Shown: positions 52,769 to 62,275 of the stretch, one piece after another
Numbering within the stretch: the first letter of the stretch is position 1
Layout of the letters: each line of letters starts with the position of its first letter
Assembly (NCBI GenBank): GCA_964348155.1
Contig: CAYGBN010000002.1
Span: 3,520 to 67,519 of the forward strand
DNA: 64,000 bases
Reading direction: 5' to 3'
From: an uncultured Methanomassiliicoccales archaeon
Lineage (GTDB): Archaea > Thermoplasmatota > Thermoplasmata > RBG-16-68-12 > JAJISG01
Translations under genes and position numbers: made by a program
The notes under the pieces: generated by a model
Databases searched by the model: none
What the model was told of the DNA's origin: nothing
What the model saw: only the letters and a program-made list of their open reading frames with translations

Positions 52769-53471
52769 TCAGCCCCGCCCATAGAGACCGTATCCGACGA
52801 CCAGCGCCCAGATGGGGGGAAGGATCGCGATGGGGGCAAAGCCAACAGCCAGCACCAATGCGGCCGATGACGGGCCAAGGCCGATTGTGGCCGCAGCTAC
52901 GGATGACGCCAAGACGCCCGCCAGCCCCACGATGCCCCCTACCACGCTTAGGTAGGCCGTCCCGCGCCCGAAGATGCCCTTGCGCATGACCAGACCCGCG
53001 ACCAGCATGTGAAGAAAGAGGAGGGAGAAGCGTACGAAGAAGGCGGAGCCTAGCGTGCCACGAACAAGGTCGGTCGCCGTCACATAGGCGGCTTGCTGTG
53101 CCTCACTCGTCGCGGCCATGTAGCCATCACTAAGCACGACCTCAGACAGGACCAGGGGGGAGATCCAGGTGACCTGTATGGCGGCGAGGAGGCCGACCGT
53201 GACTGCCATGAGCATGTAGGTCTTGTTGACCTCCCGCATGGCCACGTAGAGCGCCAGCACGCCTGGCATCAGCAAGAGGAATCCCAGCAGCAACACCCCG
53301 TGGATCTGGAAGAGCAGTCTCCGTTCCGCTATGATCTGCAGGCCCTCCTCGGGACCGGCCGCCCCCCCGACGAGGTAAAACAAGGGGAAGTCCAGGACGT
53401 GGATTGCTGCCATGACCACAAGGGACAAGCCGCCCGCCTTGTAGAGGCCCTTCCAGGCTGGATCCACATCC
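52769..53471 (-). CDS. Hypothetical polytopic membrane protein
   Basis: About 6 predicted TM helices. No recognisable family. Confidence 0.4.
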
Positions 53472-53600
53472 ATGGCTAGGCCCGGCACCCCAATGCGCGT
53501 CCCCACAAGAAGCTATGGAGAGAGGGTGCCGAGGTATGATGCCGTGGCCCGCCGGACCTACAGGACCACGGTGCGGAGGTGCGGGGGTCTTCTCGGTCCC

Positions 53601-54560
53601 CTAACTCTCTCGGATCGCCGGCGGAAGGATACAGGCCTCGGGGTCCGCCCCCGGCCGCATCCGGACGAAGGCGGGCGCCCGCAGCTTCAGGTCCGGCGTG
53701 AACTGGAGGTACTTCACGCGGCACACGAGCCGGGGCTCCAGCCACGCCTTGACCCCCGGCATGACCTCCGGGGTGTCGGGGAAGGGGCACGGGCCCTCAA
53801 GGGGGCGGGTCCGATCCACAATCTCCGCCATCAAGGCCTCGTCGAAGCCGGTCCCCACGCTCCCCACGAACCGCAGCGCGGGGCCGTCGTACACCCCCAG
53901 GATGAGAGAGCCGAAGTAGGGCTCCCGCCACCCCTTGCCCACCGTGAGCCCGCAGACTACGCAGTCCAAGGGCTTGTAGGTCTTGATCTTCAGCCAGAAA
54001 TCCACCCGCTTCCCGGGGAGGTAGGGCGTGCCCCGTCGCTTCGCCATGATGCCCTCCAGCCCCCGCTCCTCCGCCACCTGGAAGAGGGCGCGGCCGTCCC
54101 CGCGCACCGCCTCGCTCAGGTAGACGTTGTCCTGCGGCTCCACCACCTCTTGGAGCAACGCCTGGCGCTCCTCCAGGGGGCGCTTCAGCAGGCTGCGGTC
54201 GTTCCAGTGCAGGAGGTCGAACACGACGTAGGTGGCCGGGAACTGCTTCGCCAGGAGGCCCGCCTTGAACTCATCCAGGGCGTGCTCGCGCTGCTGGAGC
54301 TTGACGAAGTCCGGCCGGCCCTCGTGCATGACCACGATCTCCCCGTCCAGGATCGCCTGCCCCTTCACCACGGGCCGGATCTCGGGGTACCGGTAGGCAA
54401 TCTGGTTGAGCCGCCGGTTCTGGAAGCGGCACTCCTCGTCCACGAAGGCGACGGTCCGCGTGCCGTCCCACTTCACCTCGAAGGACCACGCCTCCCCGTC
54501 GAAGGGGTCGTCCCGGGACCGGGCGAGCATGGGGTGGATGGGACCACGGGGCAGGGGCAT
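53601..54560 (-). CDS. ATP-dependent DNA ligase, LigD ligase-domain type (NHEJ-associated)
   Basis: …GEAWSFEVKWDGTRTVAFVDE… (KxDG adenylation motif), …EGIMAKR…, …DFWLKIK…. 319 aa, with no N-terminal DNA-binding domain. Its ATG overlaps the Ku stop. Confidence 0.8.
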   Translation of the reverse strand: MPLPRGPIHPMLARSRDDPFDGEAWSFEVKWDGTRTVAFVDEECRFQNRRLNQIAYRYPEIRPVVKGQAILDGEIVVMHEGRPDFVKLQQREHALDEFKAGLLAKQFPATYVVFDLLHWNDRSLLKRPLEERQALLQEVVEPQDNVYLSEAVRGDGRALFQVAEERGLEGIMAKRRGTPYLPGKRVDFWLKIKTYKPLDCVVCGLTVGKGWREPYFGSLILGVYDGPALRFVGSVGTGFDEALMAEIVDRTRPLEGPCPFPDTPEVMPGVKAWLEPRLVCRVKYLQFTPDLKLRAPAFVRMRPGADPEACILPPAIRES

Positions 54561-54561
54561 G

Positions 54562-55365
54562 TCACGAGGGCTTCGTCACGGCCTCCAGACTGGCCTTCAG
54601 CGCGGTCATGAGGTCCTCCGGCGACTCCCGCTCCGCCGCCGTCGGCACCTCCACCTCCTTCCCCTCCACCTTGGCCTCGATGAGCTGCAGGAGGGCCTCC
54701 CGGTAGCGGTCCTGGAACTGGCCTATGTCGAAGGGGATCGTCTGCGCCTTCACGAGGTCCACGGCCAGGTCCAGCTCCGGCTCCGAGACCTCCACCGGCT
54801 TCTCCAGGGGGACGTCCGGCGGCTGACGGACCTCGTCCTCGTAGTAGAGGGTCGAGAGCACCAGAACGCCCTCCCGGGGCCGGACGGTGACGACCTGCTC
54901 CTTCTTCCAGATGGAGGCCTGGGCCACGGCGACCTTGTTCGTCAGCTCCAGGGCCTGGCGAAGGAGCTCGAATGCCTTCACCGCCGACTCGGCGGGCGCC
55001 AGGTAGTAGCTTGAGTCGTGGAGGAGGGGGTCCACCTCCTCCCGCTCCACGAAGCCCACCACCTCCAGGGCCTTGCTGCTCTCCAGGGGCACCCTCTCGA
55101 AGTCCTCCTCCGTCAGGACGACGTACTTGCCCTTCGTGTACTCGTACCCCTTCCGGATCTCCTGGTAGGGGACCTGCTCCTCACAGGTCGGGCAGTAGTA
55201 GGGGCGCTTCAGGGGGGTGCCGCACTCCGCGTGGAGGCTCCGGAAGGCCACGTCCCGCCGTTGGGTGGCGGTGAAGAGCTTGACCGGGATGTTGACCAGG
55301 CCGAAGGTGACGGCCCCCGACCAGATGGCCCGCGGCATCATGGGAGGCTGTCCAAAGATGGCCTG
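54562..55365 (-). CDS. ku: Ku protein (bacterial/archaeal-type NHEJ end-binding protein)
   Basis: MPRAIWSGAVTFGLVNIPVKLFTATQRRDVAFRSLH… Canonical prokaryotic Ku N-terminus and core. Start assigned to the internal ATG. The upstream part of the track ORF is artefact. Confidence 0.85.
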   Translation of the reverse strand, partial: QAIFGQPPMMPRAIWSGAVTFGLVNIPVKLFTATQRRDVAFRSLHAECGTPLKRPYYCPTCEEQVPYQEIRKGYEYTKGKYVVLTEEDFERVPLESSKALEVVGFVEREEVDPLLHDSSYYLAPAESAVKAFELLRQALELTNKVAVAQASIWKKEQVVTVRPREGVLVLSTLYYEDEVRQPPDVPLEKPVEVSEPELDLAVDLVKAQTIPFDIGQFQDRYREALLQLIEAKVEGKEVEVPTAAERESPEDLMTALKASLEAVTKPS

Positions 55366-55427
55366 GGTTAAAGGCGTTGCCCCGCACGACGGCGGATAAG
55401 TGAGAATGGAAGCCTCATGGTATAAGT

Positions 55428-55443
55428 AGGGGGCTCCTCTGAA
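55428..55443. promoter_or_regulatory. Perfect 16-bp palindrome CCTCTGAATTCAGAGG between a TATA-like GGTATAAG box and the start codon of the PKD-repeat protein gene
   Basis: …catggtataagtagggggctcctctgaattcagaggcATG. The palindrome overlaps the expected transcription start and may be an operator or a 5' hairpin. Confidence 0.3.
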
Positions 55444-55452
55444 TTCAGAGGC

Positions 55453-58400
55453 ATGCGGGAGGCGAGGACTGGAACGAGGCTTACGCCGCTGCATGTGGCG
55501 GCCCTGATGGGCGTCACCCTCAGCCTGTTGGGGGCCACGGCGGCGGTCATGAACGCGGGGCCCGTGGGGGTCCTGGAAAACGGCGAGGCCCCCCTGGAGG
55601 CCGTGGCGGGTCCCGACGTCACCGTGGAGATGGGGGAGGAAGTACCCTTCGATGCCACGGGCTCCACGGGCGGGGAGGACCTCCTGTACCTCTGGTTCTT
55701 CGGGGACGGGGAGGCGGAGCTGGAGGGCCTGCCCTCCTACAGCACGGAGCCCGTGACCGCCTTCACCTACACGAAGGAGGGCGTGTATGAGGCCCTCCTC
55801 CTGGTGGTGGGGGAGGACGGGGCCTCGGACTGGGACACCCGGGTGATCACCGTGCGCAACGTCCTGCCCACCCCCCACATCGCCGCGGACGGGGAGGCCA
55901 CGGACGAGATCCTGGAAGTCCAGGAGGACCAGGTGGTCACCTTCAGCGGTGCCGCCAGCGAGGACACGGAGCCCCTAACGTACCGCTGGACCTTCGGAGA
56001 CGGCGAGACGACGGAGGGCGTGGAGGTGGAACACGCCTACGCCCAGGAGGGCGCCTATGTGGCCCGGCTGGAAGTCGAGGACGCCCAAGGGGCCCGGAAC
56101 CGCGCTCCCCTCGTCGTCCTGGTGGGCAACGTCGCCCCCACGGCGGTGGCGAGCTTCCCCGCGGAGGCGGGGGAGGACGAGTCGGTGGTCTTCGACGCCT
56201 CCGGCACCACGGACACCCCGTCGGACGTGGAGCACCTCACTTACATCTGGGAGCTTGGCGGGGTCCGTAAGGTCGGGCCCGTCGTTGAGCACGCGTTCGG
56301 CCTGGGGGGGACGCACGCCGTCCTCCTGGTGGTGGTCGATGACAACGGCGCCGCATCCCTTGTGGAGGGGAGCATCGAAATCCTGAACGCGGCGCCGACG
56401 GCCGCGATGGCGCAGGTCCTGGTGGCGGAGGAGGGGTCCACGACCTTCTTCGACGCGTCCGACTCCGGGGACACCCCCTCCGACACGCCCCTCCTCCAGT
56501 TCGCGTGGGACTTCGACGGGGACGGGACACCGGAGACGCAGGGTGCCAACGCCCCTCACGTGTTCCCCGACGACAGCCCCCATCCGGTGGAGCTGACAGT
56601 GATGGACGACGACGGGTCGACGGCCGCCCTCCTGCAGGAGGTGGAGATTCTGAACGTCGCCCCTCACGCCGGGATCGTCGACGTCGCCCGCGTGGTCACG
56701 GTGAACCTCACGGTGGCGGGGACCCCGGGCCACCGGGTGGAGATCGTTCTCTTCCAGGACGGGGAGGTCATCGCCTCAGGGCTTGCGATCCGGGAGCCGG
56801 GAGACCCCAAGGCCCAGAGCATCGTGTTCGAGGACCTGGACTTCCCGCTCGGCCACGGGTACGCGGCCCTTGTATCGTACCTCCCCCTTGAGGACGAGGA
56901 GGGCGCGAACCCCGCGCGGCTCAACCTCAGCTTTGGGGATGGCTCCTACGTCCGCCTCCACCACACCTTCAACGTGCAGCATGAGGACACCCATACGTGG
57001 GAGCTGGACCTGGATCCCCATCTCACCAGAGTTCGGCTGCTCGGCACGGTGTACGACCCGGGGGCGGACGACCTGGTCTTGCGGTGGGGCTTCGGCGACG
57101 GCACGGCGATGGAGGTCGGCCATGCCGCGGCGGGTCTCCCCACCCGTTGGGTGAGCGAGGTCTACCACACCTTCCCCCTGGGTGACTTCTCCGTGGAGTT
57201 CCGGGCAACCGACGACGACGGGGGCACGGGAGCGGACGAGATGCCCGTCCACGCCGGGGAGGACGCCTTCGTCGTGGGCAACCTGCGGCCCCGCCTCTTC
57301 CTCGCCGACCTCATGGAGGTCCAGGAGGACCAGGAGGTCCTCTTCGTGGCCGACGCCCTGGACGCCGACGGCGAGGTGGGGAGCTTCCGCTGGGACTTCC
57401 GCGACGGGGAGGTTGCCGAGACGGAGGAGGCGTTCCACGCCTTCACCCAGGCAGGGACGTACCACGTCCTCCTCACGGTGACGGACGACGAGGGAGAGGC
57501 GACCGTGGACTCCATAGAGGTGCGGGTCTCCAACCCCGCTCCCGAGCCGGCCATCGCAACGGAAGGGACGGCCGTGGAGGATGCGGTGCTGGAGTTCAGC
57601 GCCGTTGGCACCGAGGACAACCCGTCGGACCTGGCGTCGCTTCGCTATTACTGGACGTTCGGAGACGGGTCCGTCGCTCCCGGTCCCGAGGTGACGCATC
57701 GCTACGCGAGGGCGGGTCCGTACACTGTCACGCTGTACGTGCAGGACGACAACGGCGCCTCGGCGGAGGCTTCCGTGGACGTCGTCGTGGAGAACCTCCC
57801 ACCCGTTGCAGGTCTCGAGGGGCCCGTTGAGATCTTGGTCGAGGATCCTGCCCTCTTTGTCAGCACCTCTTCGGATACGCCGACGGACGCAGCGTTCCTT
57901 GAGCTGCTCTGGGCGCTCCCCGATGAGGGGGAGGGGGAGGGCTCTCGACTCCTGCACACGTTCTTCGAACCCGGCGTCTTTGATGTGGAGCTCACGGCCA
58001 CGGACGACAACGACGAGGTCGACGGTGCCACCGTGGAGGTGGAGGTCCTGAATCGCGCCCCCGTGGCGCACATCCCCTTCAGCACTCTCCACGTCTACGC
58101 TCACGGCGGCACGGTGAGCTTGCGCGGGTTCGGCTTCGACACCCTCCTCGACGAGGCGTCCCTCGTCTTCGGCTGGGACCTCGGCGACGACACCCTGGTG
58201 GAGGGAGCAGAGGTGACCCATACCTACGCGGCCTCCGGCGTGTACGAGATCGCCTTTGGGGTCATGGACGCGCACGGCGCGTTGGGCCTGGATCATGCCG
58301 AGATCTTGGTCGTCCTCGATGCGGACGGCGACGGCCTCCCGGACCTCTACGAGACGGCGGTCCTGGGAACGGATCCGACCAACCCCGACACGGACGGGGA

Positions 58401-58467
58401 CGGCGTCTGGGACTCGGTGGAGATACTCCTGCTGGAGACCCACCCCCTCGTGCCTCCGGAGGGGTAG
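55453..58467 (+). CDS. Secreted/surface PKD-repeat protein (~8 PKD domains) with C-terminal thrombospondin type 3-like Ca-binding repeats
   Basis: N-terminal TM/signal (LTPLHVAALMGVTLSLLGATAAV). Repeated WxFGDG PKD signatures (YRWTFGDGETTEG, FAWDFDGDGTPE, LRWGFGDGTAME, FRWDFRDGEVAE, YYWTFGDGSVAP, FGWDLGDDTLVE). C-terminal DADGDGLPDLYE…DPTNPDTDGDGVWD. Confidence 0.8.
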   Translation: MREARTGTRLTPLHVAALMGVTLSLLGATAAVMNAGPVGVLENGEAPLEAVAGPDVTVEMGEEVPFDATGSTGGEDLLYLWFFGDGEAELEGLPSYSTEPVTAFTYTKEGVYEALLLVVGEDGASDWDTRVITVRNVLPTPHIAADGEATDEILEVQEDQVVTFSGAASEDTEPLTYRWTFGDGETTEGVEVEHAYAQEGAYVARLEVEDAQGARNRAPLVVLVGNVAPTAVASFPAEAGEDESVVFDASGTTDTPSDVEHLTYIWELGGVRKVGPVVEHAFGLGGTHAVLLVVVDDNGAASLVEGSIEILNAAPTAAMAQVLVAEEGSTTFFDASDSGDTPSDTPLLQFAWDFDGDGTPETQGANAPHVFPDDSPHPVELTVMDDDGSTAALLQEVEILNVAPHAGIVDVARVVTVNLTVAGTPGHRVEIVLFQDGEVIASGLAIREPGDPKAQSIVFEDLDFPLGHGYAALVSYLPLEDEEGANPARLNLSFGDGSYVRLHHTFNVQHEDTHTWELDLDPHLTRVRLLGTVYDPGADDLVLRWGFGDGTAMEVGHAAAGLPTRWVSEVYHTFPLGDFSVEFRATDDDGGTGADEMPVHAGEDAFVVGNLRPRLFLADLMEVQEDQEVLFVADALDADGEVGSFRWDFRDGEVAETEEAFHAFTQAGTYHVLLTVTDDEGEATVDSIEVRVSNPAPEPAIATEGTAVEDAVLEFSAVGTEDNPSDLASLRYYWTFGDGSVAPGPEVTHRYARAGPYTVTLYVQDDNGASAEASVDVVVENLPPVAGLEGPVEILVEDPALFVSTSSDTPTDAAFLELLWALPDEGEGEGSRLLHTFFEPGVFDVELTATDDNDEVDGATVEVEVLNRAPVAHIPFSTLHVYAHGGTVSLRGFGFDTLLDEASLVFGWDLGDDTLVEGAEVTHTYAASGVYEIAFGVMDAHGALGLDHAEILVVLDADGDGLPDLYETAVLGTDPTNPDTDGDGVWDSVEILLLETHPLVPPEG

Positions 58468-58479
58468 GGGCTTTGGAGG

Positions 58480-60069
58480 CTAAGGGCGCAGGCGCCCCTT
58501 ACGCGTGAACTGCCGGTCGTAGAGGTCCTTGAGCCTGTCCAGGGTGTCCACGTCCTCCGGCGTCCGGTCCTCCCGCACCCCGGTGATGCGGGCGAAGCGG
58601 AGGGCGAAGCCCGAGTCGTAGTGAGGGCTTCGCTGGATCTCGTTGTACGCCACCTCCACCACGACCTCGGGCCGTACGCGGACGACGTAGGGATCTTCCC
58701 GCACCTTCAGCCTCAGGAGCGCCTCCGTCATCTCGCGAAACTCCGCGTCCGTCAGCCCCTTGAACGTCTTCCCGATCATGTGGAAGGCCCCCGCCTCGTC
58801 TCGCACCCCCAGGTGGTAGTTGCTGAGCCACTCCTTCCGCCGGCCGTGACCCCATTCGGCCGCCAGGATGACCACGTCCAGCGTCTCGGCCCGCTTCACC
58901 TTCAGCCACCTCTTCCCCCGCTTCCCGGGCGTGTAGGGGCTGGCGGGGTCCTTGGCCATGAGGCCCTCGTGGCCCGCTTCCAGGGCCTTCTGCATGAACG
59001 CCTTCGCGGTGGTCGCCGTGGGCTCCGTGAGCCGCGGGACCAGCAGCTTCTTGGGGACGGCCTCCTCCAGGGCCCTCCAACGCTCCCGGTGCGGGCGGTC
59101 GATGAGGAGCGTCCCCTCGATCACCAGCGCGTCGAAGAGGTACAGCTCCAACGGGATGCGGCGCCGCAGGGCCTCGATGTCGTGGACCCGTCGGAACCGC
59201 CGCATGAGGTCCTGGAAGGGCAGCGGACGTCCTCGCTTGTCCACGGCCACCACCTCCCCCTCCACCAGCAGGTCCCCCCCGCGGAAGGCGGCCGCCCACT
59301 CCACCACCTCGGGGAGGCTCTCCGTCACCTCCGTCAGCCGCCGGGTGAAGACCTTGACTCGACCCGCCTTCCGGTGGATCTGGATGCGCGCTCCGTCCAG
59401 CTTGTACTCAAGGACGGTCCCCTCCCCATGCTCCTGGAAGACCGCCTCCAAGTCGTCCGCCATCTCCGCCATCATGGGCTTGATGGGGGTGAAGAGCCGC
59501 AGCCGCTGTGCCTCCAGCCCCTTTGCCCCCTTTGTCAGCGCCACCCGGGCGGTCTCCCCGAGGTCGCCCAGGAGCATGTTCGCCCGCCGCACCGCGTCCA
59601 GCTCTGCCCCCGAGGCGTCGGCTAGGGCCTCCAGGAAAACCCCCTCGTTCACCCCGATGCGCATCTCGCCGCCGATGGCCCGGAGGAGAAGGTCCCTCTC
59701 TCCCTCGGAGGCCCGGGCGAACAGGGACTGCAGGAGGCGCCGCTTCTTCCGCACGGAGTCCCGGCCCGTGGCGGCGGCGATGGCCCCGAAGGTCTGGCGG
59801 ACCTTGGGGATCGTGAGCTCCTCGGGGACGAGGGTGGCCTGGCGGAAGGAGCGCAGGGCCTGGCTCACGGTGGCCCACCCCACGTTCAGCGCCTGGGCCT
59901 CGGACTTCGGCAGGACGCGGCCCGTAAGCAGAAGGACGGCGGGCGCGACCTCCGCCGGCGGCAGGCCCTCAAGGAACGCCGCCAGCAGCGCCCGCTTCTT
60001 CAGGCGACTTCGGGTGCCCTTCAGCTCCCGGGAGAGATCCACCAGCGCCCGCAACGGCGTCCCGCTCAC
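58480..60069 (-). CDS. lig: ATP-dependent DNA ligase (replicative, Lig1-type with N-terminal DNA-binding domain)
   Basis: DBD plus adenylation domain (…VLEYKLDGARIQIH… KxDG motif) plus OB domain (…EGLMAKDPASPYTPGKRGKRWLKVK…). Confidence 0.9.
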   Translation of the reverse strand: MSGTPLRALVDLSRELKGTRSRLKKRALLAAFLEGLPPAEVAPAVLLLTGRVLPKSEAQALNVGWATVSQALRSFRQATLVPEELTIPKVRQTFGAIAAATGRDSVRKKRRLLQSLFARASEGERDLLLRAIGGEMRIGVNEGVFLEALADASGAELDAVRRANMLLGDLGETARVALTKGAKGLEAQRLRLFTPIKPMMAEMADDLEAVFQEHGEGTVLEYKLDGARIQIHRKAGRVKVFTRRLTEVTESLPEVVEWAAAFRGGDLLVEGEVVAVDKRGRPLPFQDLMRRFRRVHDIEALRRRIPLELYLFDALVIEGTLLIDRPHRERWRALEEAVPKKLLVPRLTEPTATTAKAFMQKALEAGHEGLMAKDPASPYTPGKRGKRWLKVKRAETLDVVILAAEWGHGRRKEWLSNYHLGVRDEAGAFHMIGKTFKGLTDAEFREMTEALLRLKVREDPYVVRVRPEVVVEVAYNEIQRSPHYDSGFALRFARITGVREDRTPEDVDTLDRLKDLYDRQFTRKGRLRP

Positions 60070-60158
60070 GGTGTCCCATGGTCCGGGCCCGATAATCTAG
60101 CTTTCGTCCGCGCCCTGGAAGCCGGTTCGCAAAGCTTAAGCCCGCCACCCGGCATGGC

Positions 60159-61247
60159 ATGCCAGGGGTCACGGTGGCCCAGGAACTCCTCCAAATCCTC
60201 GACAAGGAAGGCGGCCTCGTCGGAGAGGACCCCGACCTGGGAGACGGGGACTACCTGCGCATGTACCGCCACATGCTCCTCATCCGCCTCCTGGACGAGC
60301 GGATGATGGGGCTCCAGCGCCAGGGGCGGTTGGGCTTCTACGGGGCCGCCACGGGGGAGGAGGCCGCCGTCGTGGGCTCGGCCTACCCGTTGGAGCGGCA
60401 GGACTGGATCTACCCCGCCCTCCGCCAGGGCGGCGCCGCCCTCCTCCGGGGGTACCCCCTGGTGAAGTACATCGCCCAGCTTCTGGGGAGCGAGGAGGAT
60501 ACGCTGAAGGGGCACATGCAGCCCTGCCACTACGCCTCCCGGGACGTGAACCACGTCTCCTGGTCCAGCTGCGTGGGGACTCAGCTTCCCCACGCCGTGG
60601 GCACCGCCATGGCCGTCCAGCACCTGGGCGACCCGGCGGTGGTCCTGGCGTACCTGGGGGACGGCGGGACCTCCACCGCCGACTTCCACGTGGCCCTGAA
60701 CTTCGCCGGGGTCTACAAGCCCCCCGTCGTCTTCCTCTGCCAGAACAACCAGTGGTCCATCTCCGTTCCCCTGGCCTGGCAGACCGCCTCCGAGGGACTG
60801 GCCATCAAGGCCAAGGCCTACGGCCTGCCGGGGGTACGCGTGGACGGGAACGACGTCCTCGCCATGTACACCGCCACGCGGGACGCCGTGGCCGCGGCGC
60901 GGCGGGGGGAGGGCCCCGCCTTCATCGAAGCGGTCACCTACCGCATGGGGGCCCACGCCACGGCGGACGACCCCTCCCGCTACCGCCCGGAGGAGGAGTT
61001 GCAGGCGTGGAGAACGCGGGACCCCATCGCCCGGTTCCGGGCGTACCTCCGGCGGCGGCGCGTCCTGGACGAGGTGAAGGACGAGAAGATCGAGGAGGAG
61101 CTCGCGGGCGAGATCACTCAGGCCCTCGCTTTCGCGGAGAAGGCGGGCCCCCCGCCCTGGGAGAGCCTGCTGGAGGACGTTTACGCCGAGGAGCCCCCCC
61201 ACCTGGCCGAGCAGCGCGCCTGGCTCGCGGAGTTCGTGGAGAAGTGA
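60159..61247 (+). CDS. 2-oxoacid dehydrogenase E1 component alpha subunit (TPP-dependent; PDH/BCKDH E1-alpha)
   Basis: …YRHMLLIRLLDERMMGLQRQGRLGFY…GDGGTSTADFHVALNFAG… (TPP-binding GDG…N) …YRMGAHATADDPSRYR. Confidence 0.85.
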   Translation: MPGVTVAQELLQILDKEGGLVGEDPDLGDGDYLRMYRHMLLIRLLDERMMGLQRQGRLGFYGAATGEEAAVVGSAYPLERQDWIYPALRQGGAALLRGYPLVKYIAQLLGSEEDTLKGHMQPCHYASRDVNHVSWSSCVGTQLPHAVGTAMAVQHLGDPAVVLAYLGDGGTSTADFHVALNFAGVYKPPVVFLCQNNQWSISVPLAWQTASEGLAIKAKAYGLPGVRVDGNDVLAMYTATRDAVAAARRGEGPAFIEAVTYRMGAHATADDPSRYRPEEELQAWRTRDPIARFRAYLRRRRVLDEVKDEKIEEELAGEITQALAFAEKAGPPPWESLLEDVYAEEPPHLAEQRAWLAEFVEK

Positions 61248-61287
61248 GGGGGCCAAAGGCTTATGGAAGCCCCTCCTTGCCCGTGCC

Positions 61288-62274
61288 ATGGGTGACCTGA
61301 CCTTCGGGGCCATGATCCCCCAGGGCTGGATCCACGACCTCCCGAAGGACGCCCGGCCGGAGGAGATGTACGACCTCATGGTGGAGACCGCCCGCGCGCT
61401 GGAGCGGGGGGGGTTCGCCTCGGGCTGGTTCTACGATCACCTCCACCCGGTCCCCCGGCCCAGCCCCTTCCCCGTCTTCGAGTGCTGGACCATGACCGCC
61501 GCCATCGCCGCCGTGACCTCCCGCCTCCGGGTGGGGCAGATGGTGACCTGCAACTCCTACCGCAACCCCGCCCTGCTGGCGAAGATGGCCGCCTCCGTGG
61601 ACGCCCTTTCCAGGGGACGTCTGGAGTTCGGCCTCGGGGCGGGGTGGTACGAGCATGAGTACAACGGGTACGGGTACAACTTCCCCAGCGACGCCACCCG
61701 CATCCGGATGATGGACGAGGCCATGGAGATCATCATCAAGCTGTGGCGGGAGGAGCTCGTTACGTTCCAGGGCCGGTACTACGACCTCAAGGGGGCCTAC
61801 TGCAGCCCCAAGCCCGTCCAGGAGCCCCACCCTCCGGTGACCATCGGGGGCGGAGGCGAGCGATTCACCCTACGGGCCGCCGCCAAGTGGGCCGATCGCT
61901 CCAACTTCTTCGGGGAGCCGGCGGCCTTCGCCCGGAAGTCGCGCATTCTGGACGGGCACTGCGAGGCGGTAGGTCGCGACCCCAGGGAGATCGAGCGCAG
62001 CTACAACGAGGTCGTGGTCACGGGGGAGGATCAGGAGGCGGCGGAGGCCAGGGCACGCCCCCACGCCCGGGTGCTGGGGCGGACCCTGGCGGACTACGCG
62101 GAACGCAACCTCGTTGCGGACTACGACGACGTGGCCCACTACTTCAAGACGTACGTGGACGTGGGCGTGACGTACTTCGTCGTGTACTTGCCGGGCGCCT
62201 ACGACATCGAGCCCGTGGAGACCTTCGCCCGGGAGGTCGTCCCCCGCATCCACGAGCTGGTGCGGGAGGCGTGA
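61288..62274 (+). CDS. LLM-class (luciferase-like) flavin/F420-dependent oxidoreductase
   Basis: …MIPQGWIHDLP…FASGWFYDHL…VTCNSYRNPALLAKMAASVDALSRGRLEFGLGAGW… TIM-barrel LLM family. Confidence 0.75.
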   Translation: MGDLTFGAMIPQGWIHDLPKDARPEEMYDLMVETARALERGGFASGWFYDHLHPVPRPSPFPVFECWTMTAAIAAVTSRLRVGQMVTCNSYRNPALLAKMAASVDALSRGRLEFGLGAGWYEHEYNGYGYNFPSDATRIRMMDEAMEIIIKLWREELVTFQGRYYDLKGAYCSPKPVQEPHPPVTIGGGGERFTLRAAAKWADRSNFFGEPAAFARKSRILDGHCEAVGRDPREIERSYNEVVVTGEDQEAAEARARPHARVLGRTLADYAERNLVADYDDVAHYFKTYVDVGVTYFVVYLPGAYDIEPVETFAREVVPRIHELVREA

Positions 62275-62275
62275 G

